From NCBI RefSeq assembly GCF_009914755.1, contig NC_060936.1: a stretch of DNA of 64,000 nt; one strand, written 5' to 3'. Source of the stretch: the human T2T-CHM13v2.0 reference genome, Homo sapiens. Position 1 is the stretch's first letter. Every line of letters starts with the position of its first letter. The notes beneath the pieces were generated by a model. It was not told where the DNA came from, ran no database searches, and saw only the letters and a program-made list of their open reading frames with translations. Positions 26,401 to 41,076 of this stretch are shown here, piece by piece. Made by a program: the position numbers and the translations under genes.

Positions 26401-29400
26401 TCGAACATTACATGAAGAAATCCCGTTTCCAACGAAGGCCTCAAAGAGGTCCAAATATCCACTTGCAGAGATTACAAACAGTGTGTTTCCAAACTGCTCC
26501 ATCAAAAGAAAGGTTAAACTCTGTGAGCTGAACACACACATCAAAAAGAAGTTTCTGTGAATGATTCTGTCTAGATTTTATAAGAAGATGTTTCCTTTTC
26601 TACCGTAGGCCTCAAAGCGCTTGAAATCTCCAGCTGCAAATTCCACAAAAAGGGTGTTTAACATCTGCTCTTCTAAAGGAAAGTTCAACTCTATGAGTTG
26701 AATACACACAGCACAAAGAAGTTACTGAGACTTCTCCTATCAAACATTATATGAAGAAATCCCGTTTCCAACGAAGGCCTCAAAGAGGTCCAAATATCTG
26801 CTTGCAGACTTTACAGACAGAGTTTTTCCAAACTGCTCCATCAAAAGAAAGGTTAAACTCTTTGAGTTGAACACACACATCACAAAGTAGTTTCTGTGAG
26901 TGATTCTGTCTAGTTTTTATACGAAGATGTTTCCTTTTCTACCTTTGGTCTCAATGCGATTGAAATCTCCACATGGAAACTCCACAAAAAGTGTGTTTCA
27001 AATCTGCTCTTTCTGAAGGAAGGTTCAACTCTGTGAGTTGAATACACACACCACAAATAAGTTACTGAGAATTCTTCTGTGTAACATTATATGAGGAAAT
27101 CCCGTTTCCAACGAAGGCCTCAAAGAGGTCCAAATATCCACTTGCAGACTTTACAAAGACAGTGTCTCCAAACTCCGCCATCAAAAGAAAGGTTATACTC
27201 TGTGAATTGAACGCACACATCACAAAGTAGTTTCTGAGAATGATTCTGTCTAGTTTTTATACGAAGATATTTCCTTTTCTACATTTGGCCTAAAAGCGCT
27301 TGAAATCTCCACCTGCAAATATCACAAAAAGAGGGTTTCACATCTGCTCTGTCTAAAGGACAGTTCACCTCTGTGAGTTGAATAGAGGCAACACAAAGAA
27401 CTTACTCAGTATTCTTCTTTCTAGCGTTCTATGAAGAAATCCCGTTTCCAACGAAGGCCCCAAAGAGGTCCAAATATCTGCTTGCACACTTTACAGACAG
27501 AGTGTTTCCAAACTACTCTATGAAAAGAAAGCTTAAACTCCTTGAGTTGAACGCACACATCACAAAGAGTTTCTGAGAATGATTCTGTCTAGTTTTTATA
27601 CGAAGATGTTTCCTTTTCTACATTTGGTCTCAAAGCGATTGAAATCTCCAACTGGAAACTGCACAAATAGGGTGTTTCAAATTTGCTCTGTCTAAAGGAA
27701 GGTTCAACTCTGTGAGTTGAATACACACACCACAAATAAGTTACTGAGAATTCTTCTCCCGAACATTACTTGAAGAAATCCCGTTTCCAACGAAGGCCTC
27801 AAAGAGGTCCAAATATCCACTTGCAGACATTACAAACAGAGTGTTTCCAAACTGCTCCATCAAAAGAAAGGTTAAACACTGTGAGCTGAACACACACATC
27901 AAAAAGAAGTTTCTGTGAATGATTCTGTCTAGATTTTATAAGATGTTTCCTTTTCTACCGTAGGCCTCAAAGCGCTTGAAATCTCCAGCTGCAAATTCCA
28001 CAAAAAGGGTGTTTAACATCTGCTCTTCTAAAGGAAAGTTCAACTCTATGCGTTGAATACACACAGCACAAAGAAGTTACTGAGACTTCTCCTATCAAAC
28101 ATTATATGAAGAAATCCCGTTTCCAAAGAAGGCCTCAAAGAGGTCCAAATATCTGCTTGCAGACTTTACAGACAGAGTGTTTCCAAACTGCTCCATCAAA
28201 AGAAAGGTTAAACTCCTTGAGTTGAACACACACATCACAAAGTAGTTTCTGTGAATGATTCTGTCCAGTTTTTATACGAAGATATTTCCTTTTCTACCTT
28301 TGGTCTCAAAGCGATTGAAATCTCCACATGGAAACTCCACAAAAAGAGTGTTTCAAATCTGCTCTTTCTGAAGGAAGGTTCAACTCTGTGAGTTGAATAC
28401 ACACACCACAAATAAGTTACTGAGAATTCTTCTGTGTAACATTATATGAGGAAATCCCGTTTCCAACGAAGGCCTCAAAGAGGTCCAAATATCCACTTGC
28501 AGACTTTACAAAGACAGTGTCTCCAAACTCCTCCATCAAAAGAAAGGTTATACTCTGTGAATTGAACGCACACATCACAAAGTAGTTTCTGAGAATGATT
28601 CTGTCTAGTTTTTATACGAAGATATTTCCTTTTCTACATTTGGCCTAAAAGCGCTTGAAATCTCCACCTGCAAATATCACAAAAAGAGGGTTTCACATCT
28701 GCTCTGTCTAAAGGACAGTTCACCTCTGTGAGTTGAATAGAGGCAACACAAAGAACTTACTCAGTATTCTTCTTTCTAGCGTTCTATGAAGAAATCCCGT
28801 TTCCAAAGAAGGCCCCAAAGAGGTCCAAATATCTGCTTGCACACTTTACAGACAGAGTGTTTCCAAACTACTCTATGAAAAGAAAGCTTAAACTCCTTGA
28901 GTTGAACGCAAACATCACAAAGTAGTTTCTGAGAATGATTCTGTCTAGTTTTTATACGAAGATGTTTCCTTTTCTACATTTGGTCTCAAAGCGATTGAAA
29001 TCTCCAACTGGAAACTGCACAAATAGGGTGTTTCAAATCTGCTCTGTCTAAAGGAAGGTTCAACTCTGTGAGTTGAATACACACACCACACATAAGTTAC
29101 TGAGAATTCTTCTGTCGAACATTACTTGAAGAAATCCCGTTTCCAACGAAGGCCTCAAAGAGGTCCAAATATCCACTTGCAGACATTACAAACAGAGTGT
29201 TTCCAAACTGCTCCATCAAAAGAAAGGTTAAACTCTGTGAGCTGAACACACACATCAAAAAGAAGTTTCTGTGAATGATTCTGTCTAGATTTTATAAGAT
29301 GTTTCCTTTTCTACCGTAGGCCTCAAAGCGCTTGAAATCTCCAGCTGCAAATTCCACAAAAAGGGTGTTTAACATCTGCTCTTCTAAAGGAAAGTTCAAC

Positions 29401-30209
29401 TCTATGCGTTGAATACACACAGCATAAAGAAGTTACTGAGACTTCTCCTATCAAACATTATATGAAGAAATCCCGTTTCCAACGAAGGCCTCAAAGAGGT
29501 CCAAATATCTGCTTGCAGACTTTACAGACAGAGTGTTTCCAAACTGCTCCATCAAAAGAAAGGTTAAACTCCTTGAGTTGAACACACACATCACAAAGTA
29601 GTTTCTGTGAATGATTCTGTCCAGTTTTTATACGAAGATGTTTCCTTTTCTACCTTTGGTCTCAAAGCGATTGAAATCTCCACATGGAAACTCCACAAAA
29701 AGAGTGTTTCAAATCTGCTCTTTCTGAAGGAAGGTTCAACTCTGTGAGTTGAATACACACACCACAAATAAGTTACTGAGAATTCTTCTGTGTAACATTA
29801 TATGAGGAAATCCCGTTTCCAACGAAGGCCTCAAAGAGGTCCAAATATCCACTTGCAGACGTTACAAAGACAGTGTCTCCAAACTCCTCCATCAAAAGAA
29901 AGGTTATACTCTGTGAATTGAACGCACACATCACAAAGTAGTTTCTGAGAATGATTCTGTCTAGTTTTTATACGAAGATATTTCCTTTTCTACATTTGGC
30001 CTAAAAGCGCTTGAAATCTCCACGTGCAAATATCACAAAAAGAGGGTTTCACATCTGCTCTGTCTAAAGGACAGTTCTCCTCTGTGAGGTGAATAGAGGC
30101 AACACAAAGAACTTACTCAGTATTCTTCTTTCTAGCGTTCTATGAAGAAATCCCGTTTCCAACGAAGGCCTCAAAGAGGTCCAAATATCTGCTTGCAGAC
30201 TTTAAAGAC

Positions 30210-31228
30210 AGAGTGTTTCCAAACTACTCTATGAAAAGAAAGCTTAAACTCCTTGAGTTGAACGCACACATCACAAAGTAGTTTCTGAGAATGATTCTGT
30301 CTAGTTTTTATAGGAAGATTTTTCCTTTTCTACATTTGGTCTCAAAGCGATTGAAATCTCCAACTGGAAACTGCACAAATAGGGTGTTTCAAATCTGCTC
30401 TGTCTAAAGGAAGGTTCAACTCTGTGAGTTGAATACACACACCACAAATAAGTTACTGAGAATTCTTCTGTCGAACATTACTTGAAGAAATCCCGTTTCC
30501 AAAGAAGGCCTCAAAGAGGTCCAAATATCCACTTGCAGACATTACAAACAGAGTGTTTCCAAACTGCTCCATCAAAAGAAAGGTTAAACTCTGTGAGCTG
30601 AACACACACATCAAAAAGAAGTTTCTGTGAATGATTCTGTCTAGATTTTATAAGAAGATGTTTCCTTTTCTACCGTAGGCCTCAAAGCGCTTGAAATCTC
30701 CAGCTGCAAATTCCACAAAAAGGGTGTTTAACATCTGCTCTTCTAAAGGAAAGTTCAACTCAATGAGTTGAATACACACAGCACAAAGAAGTTACTGAGA
30801 CTTCTCCTATCAAACATTATATGAAGAAATCCCGTTTCCAACGAAGGCCTCAAAGAGGTCCAAATATCTGCTTGCAGACTTTACAAAGACAGTGTCTCCA
30901 AACTCCTCCATCAAAAGAAAGGTTATACTCTGTGAATTGAACGCACACATCACAAAGTAGTTTCTGAGAATGATTCTGTCTAGTTTTTATATGAAGATAT
31001 TTCCTTTTCTACATTTGGCCTAAAAGCGCTTGAAATCTCCACGTGCAAATATCACAAAAAGAAGGTTTCACATCTGCTCTTTCTAAAGGACAGTTCACCT
31101 CTGTGAGTTGAATAGAGGCAACACAAAGAACTTACTCAGTATTCTTCTTTCTAGCGTTCTATGAAGAAATCCCGTTTCCAACGAAGGCCCCAAAGAGGTC
31201 CAAATATCTGCTTGCAGACTTTACAGAC
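30210..31228 (-). repeat. 6-mer HOR variant ABD
   Basis: B-to-D junction at ~30886; shares private variants with the 21388 copy. Confidence 0.95.
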
Positions 31229-32585
31229 AGTGTTTCCAAACTACTCTATGAAAAGAAAGCTTAAACTCCTTGAGTTGAACGCTCACATCACAAAGTAGTT
31301 TCTGAGAATGATTCTGTCTAGTTTTAATACGAAGATGTTTCCTTTTCTACATTTGGTCTCAAAGCGATTGAAATCTCCAACTGGAAACTGCACAAATAGG
31401 GTGTTTCAAATCTGCTCTGTCTAAAGGAAGGTTCAACTCTGTGAGTTGAATACACACACCACAAATAAGTTACTGAGAATTCTTCTGTCGAACATTACTT
31501 GAAGAAATCCCGTTTCCAACGAAGGCCTCAAAGAGGTCCAAATATCTGTTTGCAGACTTTACAGACAGAGTGTTTCCAAACTGCTCCATGAAAAGAAAGG
31601 TTAAACTCCTTGAGTTGAACACACACATCACAAAGTAGTTTCTGTGAATAATTCTGTCTAGTTTTTATACGAAGATGTTTCCTTTTCTACCGTAGGCCTC
31701 AAAGCGCTTGAAATCTCCAGCTGCAAATTCCACAAAAATGGTGTTTAACATCTGCCCTTCTAAAGGAAAGTTCAACTCTACGAGTTGAATACACACAGCA
31801 CAAAGAAGTTACTGAGACTTCTCCTATCAAACATTATATGAAGAAATCCCGTTTCCAACGAAGGCCTCAAAGAGGTCCAAATATCTGCTTGCAGACTTTA
31901 CAGACAGAGTGTTTCCAAACTGCTCCATCAAAAGAAAGGTTAAACTCCTTGAGTTGAACACACACATCACAAAGTAGTTTCTGTGAATGATTCTGTCTAG
32001 TTTTTATACGAAGATATTTCCTTTTCTACCTTTGGTCTCAAAGCGATTGAAATCTCCACATGGAAACTCCACAAAAAGAGTGTTTCAAATCTGCTCTTTC
32101 TGAAGGAAGGTTCAACTCTGTGAGTTGAATACACACACCACAAATAAGTTACTGAGAATTCTTCTGTGTAACATTATATGAGGAAATCCCGTTTCCAACG
32201 AAGGCCTCAAAGAGGTCCAAATATCCACTTGCAGACTTTACAAAGACAGTGTCTTGAAACTCCTCCATCAAAAGAAAGGTTATACTCTGTGAATTGAACG
32301 CACACATCACAAAGTAGTTTCTGAGAATGACTCTGTCTAGTTTTTATACAAAGATATTTCCTTTTCTACATTTGGCCTAAAAGCGCTTGAAATCTCCACC
32401 TGCAAATATCACAAAAAGAGGGTTTCACATCTGCTCTGTCTAAAGGACAGTTCACCTCTGTGAGTTGAATAGAGGCAACACAAAGAACTTACTCAGTATT
32501 CTTCTTTCTAGCGTTCTATGAAGAAATCCCGTTTCCAACGAAGGCCCCAAAGAGGTCCAAATATCTGCTTGCACACTTTACAGAC
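31229..32585 (-). repeat. 8-mer-length HOR with chimeric C/B dimer
   Basis: The second dimer begins with C-type sequence and switches to B-type 'cgtaggcc...ccagctgc' at ~31691. Confidence 0.9.
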
Positions 32586-33944
32586 AGAGTGTTTCCAAAC
32601 TACTCTATGAAAAGAAAGCTTAAACTCCTTGAGTTGAACGCACACATCACAAAGTAGTTTCTGAGAATGATTCTGTCTAGTTTTTATAGGAAGATGTTTC
32701 CTTTTCTACATTTGGTCTCAAAGCGATTGAAATCTCCAACTGGAAACTGCACAAATAGGGTGTTTCAAATCTGCTCTGTCTAAAGGAAGGTTCAACTCTG
32801 TGAGTTGAATACACACACCACAAATAAGTTACTGAGAATTCTTCTGTCGAACATTACTTGAAGAAATCCCGTTTCCAACGTAGGCCTCAAAGAGGTCCAA
32901 ATATCCACTTGCAGACATTACAAACAGAGTGTTTCCAAACTGCTCCATCAAAAGAAAGGTTAAACTCTGTGAGCTGAACACACACATCAAAAAGAAGTTT
33001 CTGTGAATGATTCTGTCTAGATTTTATAAGAAGATGTTTCCTTTTCTACCGTAGGCCTCAAAGCGCTTGAAATCTCCAGCTGCAAATTCCACAAAAAGGG
33101 TGTTTAACATCTGCTCTTCTAAAGGAAAGTTCAACTCTATGCGTTGAATACACACAGCACAAAGAAGTTACTGAGACTTCTCCTATCAAACATTATATGA
33201 AGAAATCCCGTTTCCAACGAAGGCCTCAAAGAGGTCCAAATATCTGCTTGCAGACTTTACAGACAGAGTGTTTCCAAACTGCTCCATCAAAAGAAAGGTT
33301 AAACTCCTTGAGTTGAACACACACATCACAAAGTAGTTTCTGTGAATGATTCTGTCCAGTTTTTATACGAAGATGTTTCCTTTTCTACCTTTGGTCACAA
33401 AGCGATTGAAATCTCCACATGGAAACTCCACAAAAAGAGTGTTTCAAATCTGCTCTTTCTGAAGGAAGGTTCAACTCTGTGAGTTGAATACACACACCAC
33501 AAATAAGTTACTGAGAATTCTTCTGTGTAACACTATATGAGGAAATCCCGTTTCCAACGAAGGCCTCAAAGAGGTCCAAATATCCACTTGCAGACTTTAC
33601 AAAGACAGTGTCTCCAAACTCCTCCATCAAAAGAAAGGTTATAGTCTGTGAATTGAACGCACACATTACAAAGTAGTTTCTGAGAATGATTCTGTCTAGT
33701 TTTTATACGAAGATATTTCCTTTTCTACATTTGGCCTAAAAGCGCTTGAAATCTCCACGTGCAAATATCACAAAAAGAGGGTTTCACATCTGCTCTGTCT
33801 AAAGGACAGTTCACCTCTGTGAGTTGAATAGAGGCAACACAAAGAACTTACTCAGTATTCTTCTTTCTAGCGTTCTATGAAGAAATCCCGTTTCCAACGA
33901 AGGCCCCAAAGAGGTCCAAATATCTGCTTGCAGACTTTACAGAC

Positions 33945-36900
33945 AGTGTTTCCAAACTACTCTATGAAAAGAAAGCTTAAACTCCTTGAGTTGAACGCTC
34001 ACATCACAAAGTAGTTTCTGAGAATGATTCTGTCTAGTTTTAATACGAAGATGTTTCCTTTTCTACATTTGGTCTCAAAGCGATTGAAATCTCCAACTGG
34101 AAACTGCACAAATAGGGTGTTTCAAATCTGCTCTCTCTAAAGGAAGGTTCAACTCTGTGAGTTGAATACACACACCACAAATAAGTTACTGAGAATTCTT
34201 CTGTCGAACATTACTTGAAGAAATCCCGTTTCCAACGAAGGCCTCAAAGAGGTCCAAATATCTGCTTGCAGACTTTACAGACAGAGTGTTTCCAAACTGC
34301 TCCATCAAAAGAAAGGTTAAACTCCTTGAGTTGAACACACACATCACAAAGTAGTTTCTGTGAATGATTCTGTCTAGTTTTTATACGAAGATGTTTCCTT
34401 TTCTACCTTTGGTCTCAAAGCGATTGAAATCTCCACATGGAAACTCCACAAAAAGAGTGTTTCAAACCTGCTATTTCTGAAGGAAGGTTCAACTCTGTGA
34501 GTTGAATACACACACCACAAATAAGTTACTGAGAATTCTTCTGTGTAACATTATATGAGGAAATCCCGTTTCCAACGAAGGCCTCAAAGAGGTCCAAATA
34601 TCCACTTGCAGACTTTACAAAGACAGTGTCTTGAAACTCCTCCATCAAAAGAAAGGTTATACTCTGTGAATTGAACGCACACATCACAAAGTAGTTTCTG
34701 AGAATGACTCTGTCTAGTTTTTATACAAAGATATTTCCTTTTCTACATTTGGCCTAAAAGCGCTTGAAATCTCCACCTGCAAATATCACAAAAAGAGGGT
34801 TTCAAATCTGCTCTGTCTAAAGGACAGTTCACTTCTGTGAGTTGAATAGAGGCAACACAAAGAACTTACTCAGTATTCTTCTTTCTAGCGTTCTATGAAG
34901 AAATCCCTTTTCCAACGAAGGCCCCAAATAGGTCCAAATATCTGCTTGCAGACTTTACAGACAGAGTGTTTCCAAAGTACTCTATGAAAAGAAAGCTTAA
35001 ACTCCTTGAGTTGAACGCACACATCACAAAGTAGTTTCTGAGAATGATTCTGTCTAGTTTTTATACGAAGATGTTTCCTTTTCTACATTTGGTCTCAAAG
35101 CGATTGAAATCTCCAACTGGAAACTGCACAAATAGGGTGTTTCAAATCTGCTCTGTCTAAAGGAAGGTTCAACTCTGTGAGTTGAATACACACACCACAA
35201 ATAAGTTACTGAGAATTCTTCTGTCGAACATTACTTGAAGAAATCCCGTTTCCAACGAAGGCCTCAAAGAGGTCCAAATATCCACTTGCAGACATTACAA
35301 ACAGAGTGTTTCCAAACTGCTCCATCAAAAGAAAGGTTAAACTCTGTGAGCTGAACACACACATCAAAAAGAAGTTTCTGTGAATGATTCTGTCTAGATT
35401 TTATAAGAAGATGTTTCCTTTTCTACCGTAGGCCTCAAAGCGCTTGAAATCTCCAGCTGCAAATTCCACAAAAAGGGTGTTTAACATCTGCTCTTCTAAA
35501 GGAAAGTTCAACTCTATGCATTGAATACACACAGCAGAAAGAAGTTACTGAGACTTCTCCTATCAAACATTATATGAAGAAATCCCGTTTCCAACGAAGG
35601 CCTCAAAGAGGTCCAAATATCTGCTTGCAGACTTTACAGACAGAGTGTTTCCAAACTCCTCCATCAAAAGAAAGGTTAAACTCCTTGAGTTGAACACACA
35701 CATCACAAAGTAGTTTCTGTGAATGATTCTGTCTAGTTTTTATACGAAGATGTTTCCTTTTCTACCTTTGGTCTCAAAGCGATTGAAATCTCCACATGGA
35801 AACTCCACAAAAAGAGTGTTTCAAATCTGCTCTTTCTGAAGGAAGGTTCAACTCTGTGAGTTGAATACACACACCACAAATAAGTTACTGAGAATTCTTC
35901 TGTGTAACATTATATGAGGAAATCCCATTTCCAACGAAGGCCTCAAAGAGGTCCCAATATCCACATGCAGACTTTACAAAGACAGTGTCTCCAAACTCCT
36001 CCATCAAAAGAAAGGTTATACTCTGTGAATTGAACGCACACATCACAAAGTAGTTTCTGAGAATGATTCTGTCTAGTTTTTATACGAAGATATTTCCTTT
36101 TCTACATTTGGCCTAAAAGCGCTTGAAATCTCCACGTGCAAATATCACAAAAAGAGGGTTTCACATCTGCTCTGTCTAAAGGACAGTTCACCTCTGTGAG
36201 TTGAATAGAGGCAACACAAAGAACTTACTCAGTATTCTTCTTTCTAGCGTTCTATGAAGAAATCCCGTTTCCAACGAAGGCCCCAAAGAGGTCCAAATAT
36301 CTGCTTGCAGACTTTACAGACAGTGTTTCCAAACTACTCTATGAAAAGAAAGCTTAAACTCCTTGAGTTGAACGCTCACATCACAAAGTAGTTTCTGAGA
36401 ATGATTCTGTCTAGTTTTAATACGAAGATGTTTCCTTTTCTACATTTGGTCTCAAAGCGATTGAAATCTCCAACTGGAAACTGCACAAATAGGGTGTTTC
36501 AAATCTGCTCTCTCTAAAGGAAGGTTCAACTCTGTGAGTTGAATACACACACCACAAATAAGTTACTGAGAATTCTTCTGTCGAACATTACTTGAAGAAA
36601 TCCCGTTTCCAACGAAGGCCTCAAAGAGGTCCAAATATCTGCTTGCAGACTTTACAGACAGAGTGTTTCCAAACTGCTCCATCAAAAGAAAGGTTAAACT
36701 CCTTGAGTTGAACACACACATCACAAAGTAGTTTCTGTGAATGATTCTGTCTAGTTTTTATACGAAGATGTTTCCTTTTCTACCTTTGGTCTCAAAGCGA
36801 TTGAAATCTCCACATGGAAACTCCACAAAAAGAGTGTTTCAAACCTGCTATTTCTGAAGGAAGGTTCAACTCTGTGAGTTGAATACACACACCACAAATA

Positions 36901-38698
36901 AGTTACTGAGAATTCTTCTGTGTAACATTATATGAGGAAATCCCGTTTCCAACGAAGGCCTCAAAGAGGTCCAAATATCCACTTGCAGACTTTACAAAGA
37001 CAGTGTCTTGAAACTCCTCCATCAAAAGAAAGGTTATACTCTGTGAATTGAACGCACACATCACAAAGTAGTTTCTGAGAATGACTCTGTCTAGTTTTTA
37101 TACAAAGATATTTCCTTTTCTACATTTGGCCTAAAAGCGCTTGAAATCTCCACCTGCAAATATCACAAAAAGAGGGTTTCACATCTGCTCTGTCTAAAGG
37201 ACAGTTCACTTCTGTGAGTTGAATAGAGGCAACACAAAGAACTTACTCAGTATTCTTCTTTCTAGCGTTCTATGAAGAAATCCCTTTTCCAACGAAGGCC
37301 CCAAAGAGGTCCAAATATCTGCTTGCAGACTTTACAGACCGAGTGTTTCCAAAGTACTCTATGAAAAGAAAGCTTAAACTCCTTGAGTTGAACGCACACA
37401 TCACAAAGTAGTTTCTGAGAATGATTCTGTCTAGTTTTTATACGAAGATGTTTCCTTTTCTACATTTGGTCTCAAAGCGATTGAAATCTCCAACTGGAAA
37501 CTGCACAAATAGGGTGTTTCAAATCTGCTCTGTCTAAAGGAAGGTTCAACTCTGTGAGTTGAATACACACACCACAAATAAGTTACTGAGAATTCTTCTG
37601 TCGAACATTACATGAAGAAATCCCGTTTCCAACGAAGGCCTCAAAGAGGTCCAAATATCCACTTGCAGACATTACAAACAGAGTGTTTCCAAACTGCTCC
37701 ATCAAAAGAAAGGTTAAACTCTGTGAACTGAACACACACATCAAAAAGAAGTTTCTGTGAATGATTCTGTCTAGATTTTATAAGAAGATGTTTCCTTTTC
37801 TACCGTAGGCCTCAAAGCGCTTGAAATCTCCAGCTGCAAATTCCACAAAAAGGGTGTTTAACATCTGCTCTTCTAAAGGAAAGTTCAACTCTATGCATTG
37901 AATACACACAGCAGAAAGAAGTTACTGAGACTTCTCCTATCAAACATTATATGAAGAAATCCCGTTTCCAACGAAGGCCTCAAAGAGGTCCAAATATCTG
38001 CTTGCAGACTTTACAGACAGAGTGTTTCCAAACTCCTCCATCAAAAGAAAGGTTAAACTCCTTGAGTTGAACACACACATCACAAAGTAGTTTCTGTGAA
38101 TGATTCTGTCTAGTTTTTATACGAAGATGTTTCCTTTTCTACCTTTGGTCTCAAAGCGATTGAAATCTCCACATGGAAACTCCACAAAAAGAGTGTTTCA
38201 AATCTGCTCTTTCTGAAGGAAGGTTCAACTCTGTGAGTTGAATACACACACCACAAATAAGTTACTGAGAATTCTTCTGTGTAACATTATATGAGGAAAT
38301 CCCATTTCCAACGAAGGCCTCAAAGAGGTCCCAATATCCACATGCAGACTTTACAAAGACAGTGTCTCCAAACTCCTCCATCAAAAGAAAGGTTATACTC
38401 TGTGAATTGAACGCACACATCACAAAGTAGTTTCTGAGAATGATTCTGTCTAGTTTTTATACGAAGATATTTCCTTTTCTACATTTGGCCTAAAAGCGCT
38501 TGAAATCTCCACCTGCAAATATCACAAAAAGAGGGTTTCACATCTACTCTGTCTAAAGGACAGTTCACCTCTGTGAGTTGAATAGAGGCAACACAAAGAA
38601 CTTACTCAGTATTCTTCTTTCTAGCGTTCTATGAAGAAATCCCGTTTCCAACGAAGACCCCAATGAGGTCCAAATATCTGCTTGCAGACTTTACAGAC
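33945..38698 (-). repeat. Tandem duplication of [ACD 6-mer + 8-mer], 2377-bp period
   Basis: Starts 33945, 34963, 36322, 37340, 38699; lengths 1018/1359/1018/1359 with shared private variants. Confidence 0.93.
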
Positions 38699-40057
38699 AG
38701 AGTGTTTCCAAACTACTCTATGAAAAGAAAGCTTAAACTCCTTGAGTTGAACGCACACATCACAAAGTAGTTTCTGAGAATGATTCTGTCTAGTTTTTAT
38801 ACGAAGATATTTCCTTTTCTACATTTGGTCTCAAAGCGATTGAAATCTCCAACTGGAGACTGCACAAATAGGGTGTTTCAAATCTGCTCTGTCTAAAGGA
38901 AGGTTCAACTCTGTGAGTTGAATACACACACCACAAATAAGTTACTGAGAATTCTTCTGTCGAATATTACTTGAAGAAATCCCGTTTCCAACGAAGGCCT
39001 CAAAGAGGTCCAAATATCCACTTGCAGACATTACAAACAGGGTGTTTCCAAACTGCTCCATCAAAAGAAAGGTTAAACTCTGTGAGCTGAACACACACAT
39101 CAAAAAGAAGTTTCTGTGAATGATTCTGTCTAGATTTTATAAGAAGATGTTTCCTTTTCTACCGTAGGCCTCAAAGCGCTTGAAATCTCCAGCTGCAAAT
39201 TCCACAAAAAGGGTGTTTAACATCTGCTCTTCTAAAGGAAAGTTCAACTCTATGCGTTGAATACACACAGCACAAAGAAGTTACTGAGACTTCTCCTATC
39301 AAACATTATATGAAGAAATCCCGTTTCCAACGAAGGCCTCAAAGAGGTCCAAATATCTGCTTGCAGACTTTACAGACAGAGTGTTTCCAAACTGCTCCAT
39401 CAAAAGAAAGGTTAAACTCCTTGAGTTGAACACACACATCACAAAGTAGTTTCTGTGAATGATTCTGTCTAGTTTTTATACGAAGATGTTTCCTTTTCTA
39501 CCTTTGGTCTCAATGCGATTGAAATCTCCACATGGAAACTCCACAAAAAGAGTGTTTCATATCTGCTCTTTCTGAAGGAAGGTTCAACTCTGTGAGTTGA
39601 ATACACACACCACAAATAAGTTACTGAGAATTCTTCTGTGTAACATTATATGAGGAAATCCCGTTTCCAACGAAGGCCTCAAAGAGGTCCAAATATCCAC
39701 TTGCAGACTTTACAAAGACAGTGTCTCCAAACTCCTCCATCAAAAGAAAGGTTATACTCTGTGAATTGAACGCACACATCACAAAGTAGTTTCTGAGAAT
39801 GATTCTGTCTAGTTTTTATACGAAGATATTTCCTTTTCTACATTTGGCCTAAAAGCGCTTGAAATCTCCACCTGCAAATATCACAAAAAGAGGGTTTCAC
39901 ATCTGCTCTGTCTAAAGGACAGTTCACCTCTGTGAGTTGAATAGAGGCAACACAAAGAACTTACTCAGTATACTTCTTTCTTGCGTTCTATGAAGAAATC
40001 CCGTTTCCAACGAAGGCCCCAAAGAGGTCCAAATATCTGCTTGCACACTTTACAGAC

Positions 40058-41076
40058 AGAGTGTTTCCAAACTACTCTATGAAAAGAAAGCTTAAACTCC
40101 TTGAGTTGAACGCACACATCACAAAGTAGTTTCTGAGAATGATTCTGTCCAGTTTTTATACGAAGATGTTTCCTTTTCTACATTTGGTCTCAAAGCGATT
40201 GAAATCTCCAACTGGAAACTGCACAAATAGGGTGTTTCAAATCTGCTCTTTCTAAAGGAAGGTTCAACTCTGTGAGTTGAATACACACACCACAAATAAG
40301 TTACTGAGAATTCTTCTGTCGAACATTACTTGAAGAAATCCCGTTTCCAACGAAGGCCTCAAACAGGTCCAAATATTCACTTGCAGATATTACAAACAGA
40401 GTGTTTCCAAACTGCTCCATCAAAAGAAATGTTAAACTCTGTGAGCTGAACACACACATCAAAAACAAGTTTCTGTGAATGATTCTGTCTAGATTTTATA
40501 AGAAGATGTTTCCTTTTCTACCGTAGGACTCAAAGCGCTTGAAATCTCCAGCTGCAAATTCCACAAAAAGGGTGTTTAACATCTGCTCTTCTAAAGGAAA
40601 GTTCAACTCTATGAGTTGAATACACACAGCACAAAGAAGTTACTGAGACTTCTCCTATCAAACATTATATGAAGAAATCCCGTTTCCAACGAAGGCCTCA
40701 AAGAGGTCCAAATATCTGCTTGCAGACTTTACAAAGACAGTGTCTCCAAACTCCTCCATCAAAAGAAAGGTTATACTCTGTGAATTGAACGCACACATCA
40801 CAAAGTAGTTTCTGAGAATGATTCTGTCTAGTTTTTATACGAAGATATTTCCTTTTCTACATTTGGCCTAAAAGCGCTTGAAATCTCCACGTGCAAATAT
40901 CACAAAAAGAGGGTTTCACACCTGCTCTGTCTAAAGGACAGTTCACCTCTGTGAGTTGAATAGAGGCAACACAAAGAACTTACTCAGTATTCTTCTTTCT
41001 AGCGTTCTATGAAGAAATCCCGTTTCCAACGAAGGCCTCAAAGAGGTCCAAATATCTGCTTGCAGACTTTACAGAC
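40058..41076 (-). repeat. 6-mer HOR variant ABD
   Basis: B-to-D junction at ~40734. Confidence 0.95.
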
